DNA of 60,704 nt, counting the filler, from Dimargaris cristalligena (Eukaryota): the NCBI GenBank assembly GCA_003614675.1. It is 3 parts of 3 records of this genome, joined end to end, with 100 filler letters (N's around TTAATTAATTAA, not from the genome) between each part and the next. Parts side by side here need not be neighbours in the genome. Positions count along the whole stretch, not along the records: positions 1 to 20,221 come from ML002703.1; 2 more parts are not named here. The stretch is one strand, 5' to 3'. Below, one piece after another: positions 1 to 12,095 of this stretch. The translations under genes and the position numbers were made by a program. Each line of letters begins with the position of its first letter. Position 1 is the stretch's first letter. The notes under the pieces were generated by a model. That model was not told the origin of the DNA. It saw nothing but the letters and a program-made list of their open reading frames with translations, and did no database searches.

Positions 1-64
1 ATAAAATATAATAATAGAAAAAATAATATAATAATGAAAATAGAGGAAAAATGACCATACTCAT

Positions 65-88
65 CAGGGGCAGGGGCAGGGGCAGGGG
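65..88 (+). repeat. (CAGGGG)x4 tandem repeat
   Basis: Four exact CAGGGG units read directly from the sequence. Confidence 0.9.
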
Positions 89-115
89 CTCATTCACTTG
101 TCAGGGGTGTACTTT

Positions 116-177
116 CAATAAGTGTGAAAAATGGATTAAAAATAAAAGTAGGTAAAAAATGTGGTAAGTTCACCACA
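116..177. repeat. Dispersed repeat, probable transposon end; copy 1
   Basis: Near-identical to the reverse complement of 20160-20221 (shared core AATAAAAGTAGGTAAAAAATGTGGTAAGTTCACCACA). Confidence 0.75.
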
Positions 178-612
178 GGGTTTTTAAGATGTATATAGAT
201 ATTTTATTAGAACATAAACCTACATTATAGTGTACTAATCCTTGTTTTATACTCTAGGTATTTTGGTATTAATGGTAAGTCTTACAACTGTTTGCTCCCT
301 ACTTGGTGGTATACTCTTACTGGGGGAGTCAGGTAACCACTCTAGTTTGGGGGGAGTAGCTCTCTCTGATGGTTTCACCACCTTACATGCTTCCAGGGTA
401 TCCTAGCTTTACTATAACATGCCATAATTATATCCCAGTCTCTACAACCACACCAATTCTTTATGAAGAACACCATCAGTATATATGGAATAAGAATAAC
501 CATCACTGTCCCCAACAATTCACACCATCATATTTACAATTCCTTTACTTGTTTACTTACTTTTACCTATTTTATTTACATACCTTGAATAAATCTTCAT
601 CTAACACCAGCA

Positions 613-1870
613 ATGACACTGAACAAAGTGAGTTTTATTCTCAACCCTTATGTCATTGCACTCCCCACTCAGACAAAGTCACACTATATCAATATTCCTG
701 ATATGACTGGTGACAAGTATAAATTGTTTAATAAGATGATTATACATTCCGAACTCCTGCAAACGGCCGTTGGATGGCTTAACTCGCCTCTATTTGTGGA
801 CAAAATAGGATATATGAACAGGGAAATAAGGTATTCTGAACTTGGAAGAATGGTGGGATTTATGGTGGCTAAAATATGGCTTGAAGTTCTAAGAAATAGG
901 TTTTTCATTGAAAATAGTGGAAACCCACATGAGGAAACTGGTTAATAAAAGCAGCCTTCAAGATTCCTGTGCTTAGTAGCAATACACTTCCACTCATCTG
1001 CCAGAGGGTGCAGTATCAGACTCAGCATTCAGGGCTGAACGACTTTTTCCACTCGATTCAGGAAAAGCCTCCATGCAGATTCCAGTGGGAGAATGCAATG
1101 TATAATAGGTGTGACTTGCCCCAGCCGGACTTCCTTGGATTGGAAAAGTGGGATATATCCCCCCCCTCACCCTTCCGCACTGTGATAGATTTGCCCTGTT
1201 CATGCTCATCCTCTTCTGTGTCACTCTGCTCCCGTGTGTAAGCATCCTGGTTCACTACTAGGTCCTAGTTCGATTCTCTCTATTCCGTCTTCAACTTCTT
1301 TTTAAAACCCACTTTTCTAATCTTACGCTGTGCAAGATTGACAATGCCATTGGTTTCAGTGTCGAGACTGTCAGATTCAAGAGCATCTGCGTGGCCAACT
1401 CCCATAATCCTGTGTTGGGTGCGTTTAGGCAGTCAATTTCGGCTATCTACAATGCAATGGATAACCTACGTAAAGTGCTGGTTATCTGCTTACAGACGGG
1501 AAAAGAACACGATGTGAGCGGACTTGCACTCGGTATTCTTGAAAATGCCGGCAAAACTCTGGCTAATGGATACATTGTTCATAGTGATTCTCGTACTTAT
1601 AATAGTCGATGCAATATCATCATAGAGCTCCAACACGATGGAAAGCCGAAACTAATCATTGAGTTCAAGAGTGACAAAGTTAATGAGCGGATTGGAAGAA
1701 TACAATTGGCCTCGTATATACTCAATGGTAATTTTCCCCATGGCCTGTTGATGTATCCCGACCAAACTATCCACTTTATTCTGGACGATGAGGGGGTACC
1801 CGTACCGGTCCATACATATACCCATACTAATGACTCAGATGCACTTGTATCTGTCGTTCGGGATATGTAG
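613..1870 (+). pseudogene. Decayed gene ending in a PD-(D/E)XK restriction-endonuclease-like domain
   Basis: ORF 1391-1870 (open back to 1337) reads RC(N)III..KPKLIIEFK..GRIQLASY..HGLL, the D..(E/D)xK..QxxxY pattern. Upstream pieces 613-945 and 969-1241 are broken by stops and a frameshift. A possible intron lies at ~1236/1238-1336. Linking the pieces into one gene is inferred. Confidence 0.55.
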
Positions 1871-2532
1871 GGTATTTGAAGTGCCATCTGGCATACTATA
1901 CTGTCAGTGGTTGATTGCTAACCCCACCCATAATCAGTCCGCCTATCCTATGATTCGCTTATTTTTATCATGGTAACCTGCTTTATGCCGACTTTTATTA
2001 TGCTGTTGCTGTGATTAATATCCTTGCAACTTTTCCATTGTTGGTATATTTCCAGCGAAACCAGTTACCATTGCTGTTGCTTTCAATTCTGGGTAGCAAC
2101 TGGGTATTTCTTTAGTATCCAAATTCGCAAATAAATGGCATTGGAATTAGTGAATGAAAAACCAGCAGTCATTTACCCATTGAAGTATTATTTCGAGGCT
2201 ATCATTTTTTTAAATAAACCATTCTTATATTTCCCAATACTTTGGTAATCATAACTCCGCATTCCCTGCAAGTCTATCCGGCATCCACCTTGAGTTTCTG
2301 CTCCTCCGAAGCCAGCCCTTTGGCATCCTTAAGCATCCCTAAACCTGCTAGCCGGGGACCCTCCCTTGCAGCATCAAAACAGCCCGAGAAGGAATGTGAG
2401 ATCATTTTGCAGCTATTTAAGCCTAGCACTATGATGATGGAGTTACCAATACTGCAACACGCTTAGTCAAACCTATCATAATATTTGAGTAATAAAGTAT
2501 TCTTACATATAAGTATAACTTGGCTTGAGTAA

Positions 2533-3114
2533 TGTTGGCCTTCCTAATCCAACTTAATCCAGACTTAACAATCATCTGCCCTTATTAGGCCTTATAGTGC
2601 TATATTAACCTTCTATGGTTACCCCTGGTACTATAGGACCACCCTACATTATATAACTATTCCCCTTCCAGACCCTGTAGTTCATACTAATCACTCCTGT
2701 ACTGATGTAATAACTATTACATTTCCCAACAGAGTCTTCCAAGTCCTTACAGCTACCCGGCTAGCTTATTATCATACCTTTAGTCTTAGTAGTATCTTCC
2801 TCTAGGGACCTCCTTTGGTGTCATCCCCCGTATATATATAACCAGCCCCCATTGGGACCAGTTTGATTCCGTAGCTTATCCTTACCCCCTAGTTTACCTT
2901 TATAAACTCTATATACACTCACCCCCTTGTACTGACCAATAAGTATGCCCACTGCATATCCCTTGCATAAACCAATCTCCTAAGCCTTTATTAATTAGTA
3001 CTATACCCCATAACTGATGCTAGCAGTCTACTTAGCCGAGTTTAAGCCCCACCTACTGTTGGAAGCCTATCCTTAGGACTCTTGACAGACTAAGAGTGGT
3101 TAACCTGGGCAACA
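2533..3114 (+). mobile_element. Decayed solo LTR (family LTR-1), ~580 bp
   Basis: TGTTGGCC...GGGCAACA inverted termini. The 5' part matches 60605-60704 and rc 20322-20498. The 3' part matches rc 19902-20132 and rc 19283-19333. Flanks AGTAA/ACTAG give only a degenerate TSD. Confidence 0.7.
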
Positions 3115-5915
3115 ACTAGCCACACTTGATTTACATCCTTACTTAGTATCATATGTCTTTGTGTTTACTTTTCTTATTGTGGGTGATATTTTATGTCAAC
3201 CCACTTTTCCCTCAACCAGTAATGGGAAACCCGTGATTTTAAATTTACTTCCCTTTTTTTTAGTTCTTGTCATTTTATTAAGCTTTATCTACCGATTTTT
3301 TTTAATGACCTATTTTGGCACATTTTTATTTTTTATTGGATTTGACAATTATGGGTCTGTTTACTTTTTTAAAAAACGCATTGCCTCTAGTAGCGCATGT
3401 ATACCAGACAATAAATTCTTATAGATGTATCTAAAATTATTTGAAGATGTTTTCTCAACTAGACCAGCAAACCAAGTGAAATTTCAAGGAAAAATAAGAA
3501 AGAAAGTCCACAAAGAGAGTGGAGACTTCAATTCACTTGGATGTATCTAATATATTTTAGCATGCCACGAATTATGTACACAGGAGGAACAGAGAAGAGG
3601 AGAGCATGGAGATAGGATTTCAATTAGGAGGGATCCCTTTATATATTCTATACACAGAGTTTAAGTGACAGAGGGAATTGACCGATTGCCAACTAATCCA
3701 GATTGACTAGCAGGTTTTACGGCCTACTAGGCAATGAGGTATAAGCTGCTGTAGTTCATAATAGGTAAGCACAGGCCAACATGCTGTGTTGGAATTTATT
3801 GATGGAGGATTGTTAGTCGGGCTATTATTTGGTTTCAAATTATTATTAGGTATTTCTCAGCCAACCCCTCACAGTGCTGATGCTCATTGATACCATGTAC
3901 TCGGAGGACACCAAGTGTCTAGCTTTGCATTATTTAACACACCCTTTTTTCAAATTGCCTCAGTCCTAAACTTTACCGCCTTTCCTCTCTACCCACTAGG
4001 ATACTTAAACTTCTAGAATATTGTAGTATTTGTATCGTGGGGGAGGGGATAAAAAATATACGGCGTGAAATTTACAATCAACAATTGGTTGTCTGGATTC
4101 ATTGTTTTTAACTTGGTATGTATTTTGGTAGGCTGATTAATGGGCGATGGGTTAGTTTGTAGTTTACAGTCAAGAGATAATTAAAAGTTTTTCAAATGGG
4201 AGGATTAGGACAAGCTTGGGTTGCCTGGTGCATAAATGTCACCAAGTGGCACACTTTTAATTTGTAGTATCATCGTTGTTAAAAGGCAGAACACTTATAT
4301 CCTCATGATATTGGGGATGTACCAGGGCCCATCTATCACCGATTAACAATCCATTAACTAACACTAGCACTGCTACACCTTGGGGATTTCTAATAGCTGC
4401 CAACATAACCACATTTTCCTGTTTCGACCAATCTCCTCCTGTGAAGCCACATAGTATCCCTGTTATCTCTGTATTAGTGCATTTTATCTACTTTATCCTA
4501 TCCCCCAATATCCTTTCATTCAAAACCAGCATTACCGCCCTTTCATATGGTGGTACATTTGGCTAGCGCCCTCTTCATTCCCAATAAAGCTACATACTTC
4601 CAATCATTATATTGCTCTAAACCAAGTATACACCATGCCCCACTATTTAATACATGAGATTTAGTACTTTTTCCGAAATCCTATGGTAACTATGGGTTCA
4701 ATTGCCACCTCCTTAATGTCATTGCAAACCATAGTGCCTGAGGTTCATATCACTTTAAATGTGTAATTAATTCTATACTGTTAAGTGCGAATGGCGGCAA
4801 CACACCAATGTACCCGTTTATTTGATAGGCCATATCTGTGCTGAACTGATGAGCTAAGAACTAGTGGATGAGCCGAGTAGTTTTAATGGGGTTTATGAGT
4901 TGGTAGTTCGACAAAAGCAATATAAATGGATTTTATTTAGTAGACAATGAGCCGCTCGCATCTATGAGAAATCCATTCCACACCATGGGCGATTAAGGAG
5001 GATACGGGGCCAATAAGATATGACCAGTTCCCTGAGCTCATACCTATTCTGGCTTGACAATACCCACACTGTCCGTATACCCACTAAGCCATCGGATTCT
5101 AATTTCTAGTACGAAACCTCACCCATTTCTCGACATATGTCGGGTGGCCCTCTCAGTGGCCATTTTCACTTCCTTTTGTACATGCAATCTATATTCTTCT
5201 AATTATATAATTCATTTCTTGATGCACTTATTCAGGCAGCTCCCATAGACTATGGAATTCTAACGGAGCAAGAAAGGGAATCCAGAGGATAAATGGAGTA
5301 AAGGGGAACGATGGCATAGCCAAAGAGATTTCAGGCCATCAAAAAAGGACACCACATTATTATTTTTGGATATATTTGGAAGTAAGTTGAAGGTGGTTGT
5401 TACACTAAGGAACGGGTTCTTGGCGTCGGAAAATCCACACACTCTCTCTCCGTATTCTCGAATAGAGAAGCCCTTCCATAGATGGAAATGGTTCACCATG
5501 GATAAGTTTAGGTGACCTTCCCTTCCCCCCTTTTCATTTTCTCACCAGAGAATAGGCCATTCGGTTCACCATCCCCCGCCCCCTCCATATTTTTTCCGAT
5601 TGCTCATTTTCGACACATTCACATAAATATATATATAGGTGAGGGTACTCCGCCTACCACTTTCAATATACCTCAATATTCCTTACTTCCCGCGCTTTCC
5701 AGCCGACTTAATACTACATTTTACCCCTCGAAATAAGGACCCTGGATACCAATAACTAGGGAACTCCACTCTGATTGCCAGCGGTACTTATTTATTAGGA
5801 TTAAACAGAACTAACTCTGCTGGTATATTTATCAACTGACTAAACCTCATCCAATTCCACTCGACACCGTTCCAGTTCGCTATCCAAACCCCCTCCCCCA
5901 CCCAAAATAATAATA

Positions 5916-6350
5916 ATGAAATTTGCTTTAATCATGGCCGCTGCTGTGGCCGTTCCTTTAACAGGGGTATTAGCCGACTTCGTCACCTCGACTACCTCCC
6001 ACCGTACACCAAGCCCATCCAACCCAGCGCTTAAAAAATACATGCATATCCTCAACAATACAGTTGATAAGCGTTACAATCTGGTCTGCTTCGTGGACGC
6101 CCTTCCCTTGGTCGAACGCTCGCCCAGCACCTATATCCAAAAAATCACCAACGCATTTTCGAGTGTGCCTGGGGAAAATACGCGGTGCTACAAATTTACC
6201 ACTGACCAATGGGTTACTTTCCATGTGAACCGCGTGTTGGATGGTTCCATGATGAACTATAGTCTGGCCCAGAAAGAATTGTATGTCAGTTCCACCAGTA
6301 GCGACGCGGGCACTTACGTACTGAGGTTTTCTGTGGAAAGGGAATACTAG
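5916..6350 (+). CDS. Small secreted protein of unknown function (144 aa)
   Basis: Intact single-exon ORF with a clear signal peptide (MKFALIMAAAVAVPLTGVLA-D). TATA-rich tract at ~5625-5637. No family recognised. Confidence 0.65.
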   Translation: MKFALIMAAAVAVPLTGVLADFVTSTTSHRTPSPSNPALKKYMHILNNTVDKRYNLVCFVDALPLVERSPSTYIQKITNAFSSVPGENTRCYKFTTDQWVTFHVNRVLDGSMMNYSLAQKELYVSSTSSDAGTYVLRFSVEREY

Positions 6351-6794
6351 TCTCTCTCCTACTCCGGGGAGCAATAGTTTTCCCCTAATAATAACCACAT
6401 ATGTAAATAGTGCGTAAGGGTGGCGGTAAAACTGGGTCTATTCACTTTATATACTTTAAATAAATGTTCGGGTTGCTTATTGTAAAACATACCGTCCCTA
6501 TATTCTAAGCATTGGGTCCCTCTACTGGGTTGGACCATCTGGTTTATGCCTCTGTATAGCAGACCATAAATATTAAACTAGAGGTGTGTAAATGAATAAG
6601 AAGCAAAAGTTTGGTGGATTTTTCGTGGTGCTCCATGGAAGCTTGACTATAACAACTCATACTCTACAGCATTTCCCAGACTAACGACGACGCGTCCATT
6701 AGATCATACTTGGTTGATCCCTGTTACTACTACTCTCTCCTACCTAGCCAGGTACAGGCCTCCAATAGATAGGGGAAATGACCACCACTGATGA

Positions 6795-6936
6795 TATGGG
6801 TGAAGTTCAGCTTGGCTGTATAAGGGTTTAACTGATATGTGTATGGGAAAATCGGTGGGATGCTTATTTTTAACCAGTAGTATTTGCCTCATCAAATGGA
6901 TCTTTCGTTATACAGCCTCGCTGAACTACTCCCATA
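6795..6936 (-). mobile_element. 142-bp MITE (TA-flanked, Tc1/mariner-like), copy 1
   Basis: Imperfect ~27-bp TIRs TATGGG(A/T)GAA(G/A)TTCA..GCTGTATAA. The interior matches the other three copies. Confidence 0.85.
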
Positions 6937-7042
6937 TGTTAATAGCCTTTGCCTATCCCTTGCAAAAGGAAAAAAGGGGAGGTGCCACAAGAGTGGAACA
7001 CGAATTACCCAGCCGACCTATTGGGCCGGAGCACGACTGCAT

Positions 7043-7085
7043 CTTGGTGAAATGTGGACCAGTTGTATAAGGTTTTACATAGTAT
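7043..7085 (-). mobile_element. Partial MITE end (one TIR)
   Basis: TTGGTGAAATGTGGACCAGTTGTATAAGGTTTTACAT matches the MITE terminal region. Confidence 0.6.
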
Positions 7086-9108
7086 GTGCTTGAGGGGTAG
7101 GCGGGAGATTTGTCTTTAACCAGCGATATTAGCCTCTTCCAACGGTCTTTTCCCTTTACACAGCCTGGTCGGAATTCTCCCCATCTTTAAATAAGCCGAG
7201 AGGTGTATTCCGGGAAGTCGCGGCCCAGGTGAGATTATGGTTTTTCAGCGAGAGGTCTCGCCTATGGGGAGTTTATTTACCCGACACCTATTCGGCCACA
7301 CCACCAGTTCGGTGGTGTAGACATTACCCTCAACATAGCTGCTTCCTGGAGGACCGTTCCACACTTGTTATTCGAATAATTGCCAGGCTCATCAAAAATA
7401 TGCCGAAGAAAGGGTCCGGTTTATAAGCGGGATGGTCCCTGGCCAGGGCCTCCAATCCCCAATTCGCTGTAGCCTTCTACCGTTACACACAAGTATTACT
7501 TGCCCACCTCTTCAAGCCCAAATACTATACATATGCGACTTGGTGTTCCAAAAAAAATCATCAATGTTATTTTGGGGAGAGGGGGATACCTTCTCTCATT
7601 CTTGCGACTGACTCACTCATATATTCCAGGGAGGGAAGCAAATGTCCCCATCCTAACTGCCCCCGGTAGTGGTGACTTTAAGTATTACTCACACTCTTCA
7701 TTTCCGCTTTCGGATATATTGGTATACCAAAGACCGTCTATTCCCCGAATTCCCCAGGAGGGAATACAGTCCTTACCCTTGAAACGTAGGGCCAATAGTT
7801 ATTACACCCCCCCCCCCATATATCTTCACTATACCTACCATTTTGCATCGGCGCCTCGACTCCATGGACCATTGTTTCCGATATGCGTCACTCGATATGG
7901 GCAGAGCCCTGGTTTGAGCTGAACGGGGTTCCCTCAGCCCCCTGTCGATTGGAGAATTGGGCTTATTGATACTAACAGTCTGTTTTGGCGCTTCATCGCA
8001 CAGTAGGTTTATGTACTGTGCCTCATGGTAACTACATGGACAGAGTCCACCAATTGTATTAGTGATCAAATTACCCAGGTGGAACGGCCCATCCGACCAA
8101 TAACAGTTAGTGTAGCAGCCAGCTGGACGTGGGGATTCATCCCCTTCGGCTGTTATCAAAACCAAGTGCTTCCACCTCCCCCTAGTTCCGGGAAGTTCCT
8201 CCTTTTAGTATTCCTAATCGATAAACCGCTCATACACATTTCTCATTCGACCCCTACTGACTCGTGATAAAGGGATACCGCGGTATTTACTTGAAGGACG
8301 AATAGGGATGACTACTCTTCCTCCTCTGAGGACCCATGTCTCATCGTTCGCAGGAGAGGTCTTAACGGACTTGGGTTTAAAACCACCATTGTACTAATTG
8401 GGGTTGAAGTGTGCCAATTTTGTGTGATAATTATAATATAATCCTCCTCTTTGTATTCCTTCCTACTAACCAACCCAATTTGGCTTCATTTATTTTAAAA
8501 CAAAATATATTATCTGCAGTGATCATTACATAAGGACATGTCGGCTTTTTAGCGATTGTAGGCAGCGGACTTGTCCATTGCACTTTATTGGTGACACCGA
8601 TATATAACAAATCACCAACGGTATCTATCAACGATAATCAATAATTAGGTGTTTATTAAATGAGCGAACGGCACTATTCCGGAGTAAAGACTTTACATCG
8701 GCTCTTCAATATTAGGCAGTGAGAATGGCTATTAGCAAGTAGTAAACGTAATCTACACCCAAGTCTGGTCACGGATATCCAAATAACGATGCCTAGTTTT
8801 TCAGGCACACACCAGGGAACACCGTAAACTTAACTACTGAAACTTCATCAAACCTCCAAATTAACGTATAAAAGCACCAGTATATTTAATCATTGAACGG
8901 TTTACTCGGAGAGTCGCTACCAAGCCTTATTCATTGAAAAATACCGGGTATATGAAAGCCGGGGTAGGGATATAGACATGGCTATAATCAATACTGACCA
9001 CCCATCTCTCAGCTATACTAAGGACATGGGCATTAATATACCTAGTAAATTTCGAGCCTAAGTCTTCTAATCTAATCAAGCCAGTCTTAAATCCAGCATC
9101 GACATCAC

Positions 9109-11479
9109 TTAACGACCTCCTTTCTTCTTCTTCTTGGCGGTCTGTCGGTTATTTTTAGTCGGCTGGGGCTTAGTCGGGGTCGCTGCCGCGGGAGCCGGAC
9201 TGGCGGGTTCGGGCGTACGGGAGGCAGCCACCCCACTAATATTAGCACTTCCCGTGCCGCCCAATCCACCCTCCTCGCTATGGCTGACGACCCCCTGCGG
9301 TCCCGTTGATCCCACTCCGCGCTTGCGGTTTTTAGCCGATCGACGACTCTTACTAGGTTTATAGTACGAGCGTTGGACCATCGGAAGCCAACGTTCGGGA
9401 TCGACAACTGCTTTGGGATCTTGACTTTTGGGGAGTTTCTTAGCGCGGCGTTTGTTACGGGTCGCGGAGGTCCGGGCAGTGGCTTGGCGTTTAACCACAG
9501 GTCGCACCCGGATGGCGGCCAGGCGACCTTCAATCTCATCAAGTTGGGTTTCATCGACCAGACTAGGAACGGCCGGCAGCATGGATTCATAAGGAGCAGC
9601 CGCATCGAGATCTACCTGGGCTAGGGCCAGGATTAGGGCGGTCGTCGAGTGATGGTTGGTGGGATCGCGTTGGACCACCTGCTGGAAGTCAGACACAGCC
9701 TTCCTCGACTGGTTGATATGGAGATAGTAAAGTCCGCGGCGTTTGAGTAAGGCATTGGGGATCTAAATATACATGGGATGGTTGCATGGAGAATAAATAG
9801 GGAGAAAAAATTGGCATATATGATAAATGGGGTTCCAATTAGTTATTATGATTACAGCCGGGCTCTTCTATCGATTGTTGAAATCAACAGACGAAAAATG
9901 TACAAATTGGATAAAGGGTAAGGCCACTTACCTGGCCTGGTGAGCCGGGCTTCTCCCAATGGGTCGATAAATCTGCAACGAGCTTAGCTGCACGGTCAGG
10001 CTGACGGAGTTGGTCGTGGAGCCATAAAAGCACGCTTGCCATACCAGGGTCGTACTTGGTATCGTCTCCATTCTTAGCACAATAATCGTCCAAAACCTGG
10101 AGGGCCAAGGTGTACTGGCGCATCTGCAAGTGGGCGTGTACCAGACTATATACCAACACCGGGGTGGCCATATGGTCGTCCTTGACCAGTTGGGTCAGTT
10201 CGGCCACGCCCTGACCGGCCATCCCCTGTTGGAACCAAGTAGCGGCGTGCAGGATACCCAGATAGGGGTCGTTGGGATAAGTCCGCAAATGGCTACGGCA
10301 GTCGCGCCGAGTGGCCGGGTTCTGGCGCAGATAAAACTTAAGCAGAGTATTGTTAAAGGCCACGATACGGAGCTGCTCCTTGAGTAAGCGGGGGTCACTC
10401 TGTCCCACATTCTTGCGACGCAGTTTTAAGGCCGTATCGAAGATACCCGTAGCACCACGGTAGGCCGCAATGTTGTGCGCAATCAGAGCCACAGCCGCTG
10501 CATCAGTAGCCGCAGTACCCAGGTACCGGCCGTAAAGAGCCTCGGCGGCTTTTACTTTACCCTGCAACTGGTAAACATGGCCTAACTGAATGTCGATGGC
10601 AGCGAGTTCGCTCTCGCGTTCCGCCTCTGATGCGTGATTTTCGGCCAGAACTCTCTCACAGGTTTCACGGGCCACCTCCAGCAATTCTTCGGCTTCGGAG
10701 TAACGGTGAGCGCAGATGAGAAAACAGGCCGAGTTGTAGGCCAGCTCGTAAGTGCCCTTATGGATAAGAGCGGGCTGGCTATCACTATCATCAGCTGACT
10801 TGGCGTCGGCTGCTTGCTGATAAGCCAAACCCACCCGAACTGCCGTATGGTTGGTGAGCAGATCCGAATAGTCGGCGCTTTGGCGGTCCACCGATTCCAT
10901 GAGGGACTCGTAAATAGACATGGCTTCAGCGTAGTTCCCACGCCGGTAATGAATTTGAGCGTATAGCTTGCGGCAGGCCAATTGGGTCTCCGCATCCAGG
11001 CGACCCGAGGAATGCTTCGACAAGCCGTCGAGAGTTTTAAGGGAGCCTGCGAGGTCACTAACGCGATATTGACAGTAGGCTTTTTCGAATTTAAACGACT
11101 GATGACCATGTCGACCGGCTTGTTGGATGGCCGCCAAGGCAGCCTGGTACTTATCCAAGCGGACCAGACAGGCGATTAAGACCTGGTAGGCATCAGGGTC
11201 AGTGGGCTGAGCCTCCGTCACTAGAATGGTTCACACAATCATTAAGTAACAATAGTAGGTAAGTGTGGTTCCGGCGAATTGAAGGAATGGAGAATCCATG
11301 TTGTAGAGAAAGGTCATTATTTGATACCTTATTTGGATTAAAACACCGGCCGGGGCAGACCAGATGTCGTCAATGTACTCCGACTTACGAGATTGGACGA
11401 TTTGGACAGCTTGAACGAGGTCCTGAGCCTCAAGAGCGACGGACAAATCGTTATACGCGGCTTGAGTTGTAGCCGCCAT
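9109..11479 (-). CDS. SRP72: Signal recognition particle subunit SRP72
   Basis: Exons 11479-11389, 11220-9932 and 9762-9109 (GT-AG, phase-consistent, ~677 aa). N-terminal TPR-like region (FEKAYCQYR, YELAYNSAC), C-terminal RNA-binding motif DPERWLP..RSYY and a Lys-rich tail. Confidence 0.95.
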
Positions 11480-12095
11480 GGGGATCGCAATTGAATTCCA
11501 AACGACGGGATAGTAAGTGTTCGTATAGAGTTGCAATCAATAAAATGAAGAATACGCGCTTGATAAGTTAAAGTAACGAAGGAATGGGGCTAAGTGATAG
11601 GGGAGAGGGGTATTCAATGCTCAGTAAATGGGGCAATACGTAGTTTCAAACCGGGTGAGTTGGCCATCTGGTTGGTTTGTGACGATGACGAGCAGCTAAA
11701 CTGGGAACACCTCATACTAATGCGTACTAATAGTATCTTTGAAACTGCATCACCGCTTAATATCTCCAAAAATTTTGTGTATGCAATTTAGCCAAGGGCC
11801 ATTGTGCCGACTGTTGCATATATATATATCTCAATGGTTTTTTAAGGAACTTTAGTAAGAAATGGTACTTCATAACTGCTCAGCAAACTAGTAAATGTAT
11901 CATGGGTTTGGAATAAGGTGGCAACGGCGCAGGAAATTGGTAGAGGAGGGAAAACACGGGATTTAAGCGAAATGATAGTGAATAAATTTGGAGTCTGACA
12001 GTATAAGCGAAGGAGAGAATATCGGAGCAAGGAAAATATTATTAAAAGGCAAATTGTATATGTATTGGCTACTGTGTGGTAATAGCACTGCCGAA

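Noticed and set aside
4846-4870. CTGATGA followed by a short stem, resembling a hammerhead ribozyme core
   Set aside because: The required GAAA after stem II is absent (GGAT) and no convincing stems I/III were found.
7100-8400. Cluster of 65-140 aa ORFs on both strands
   Set aside because: No recognisable domain or consistent frame; probably a decayed repeat that I cannot classify.
8571-8584. TCCATTGCACT resembling the U1 stem-loop II loop
   Set aside because: No U1 5' end or Sm site in register.
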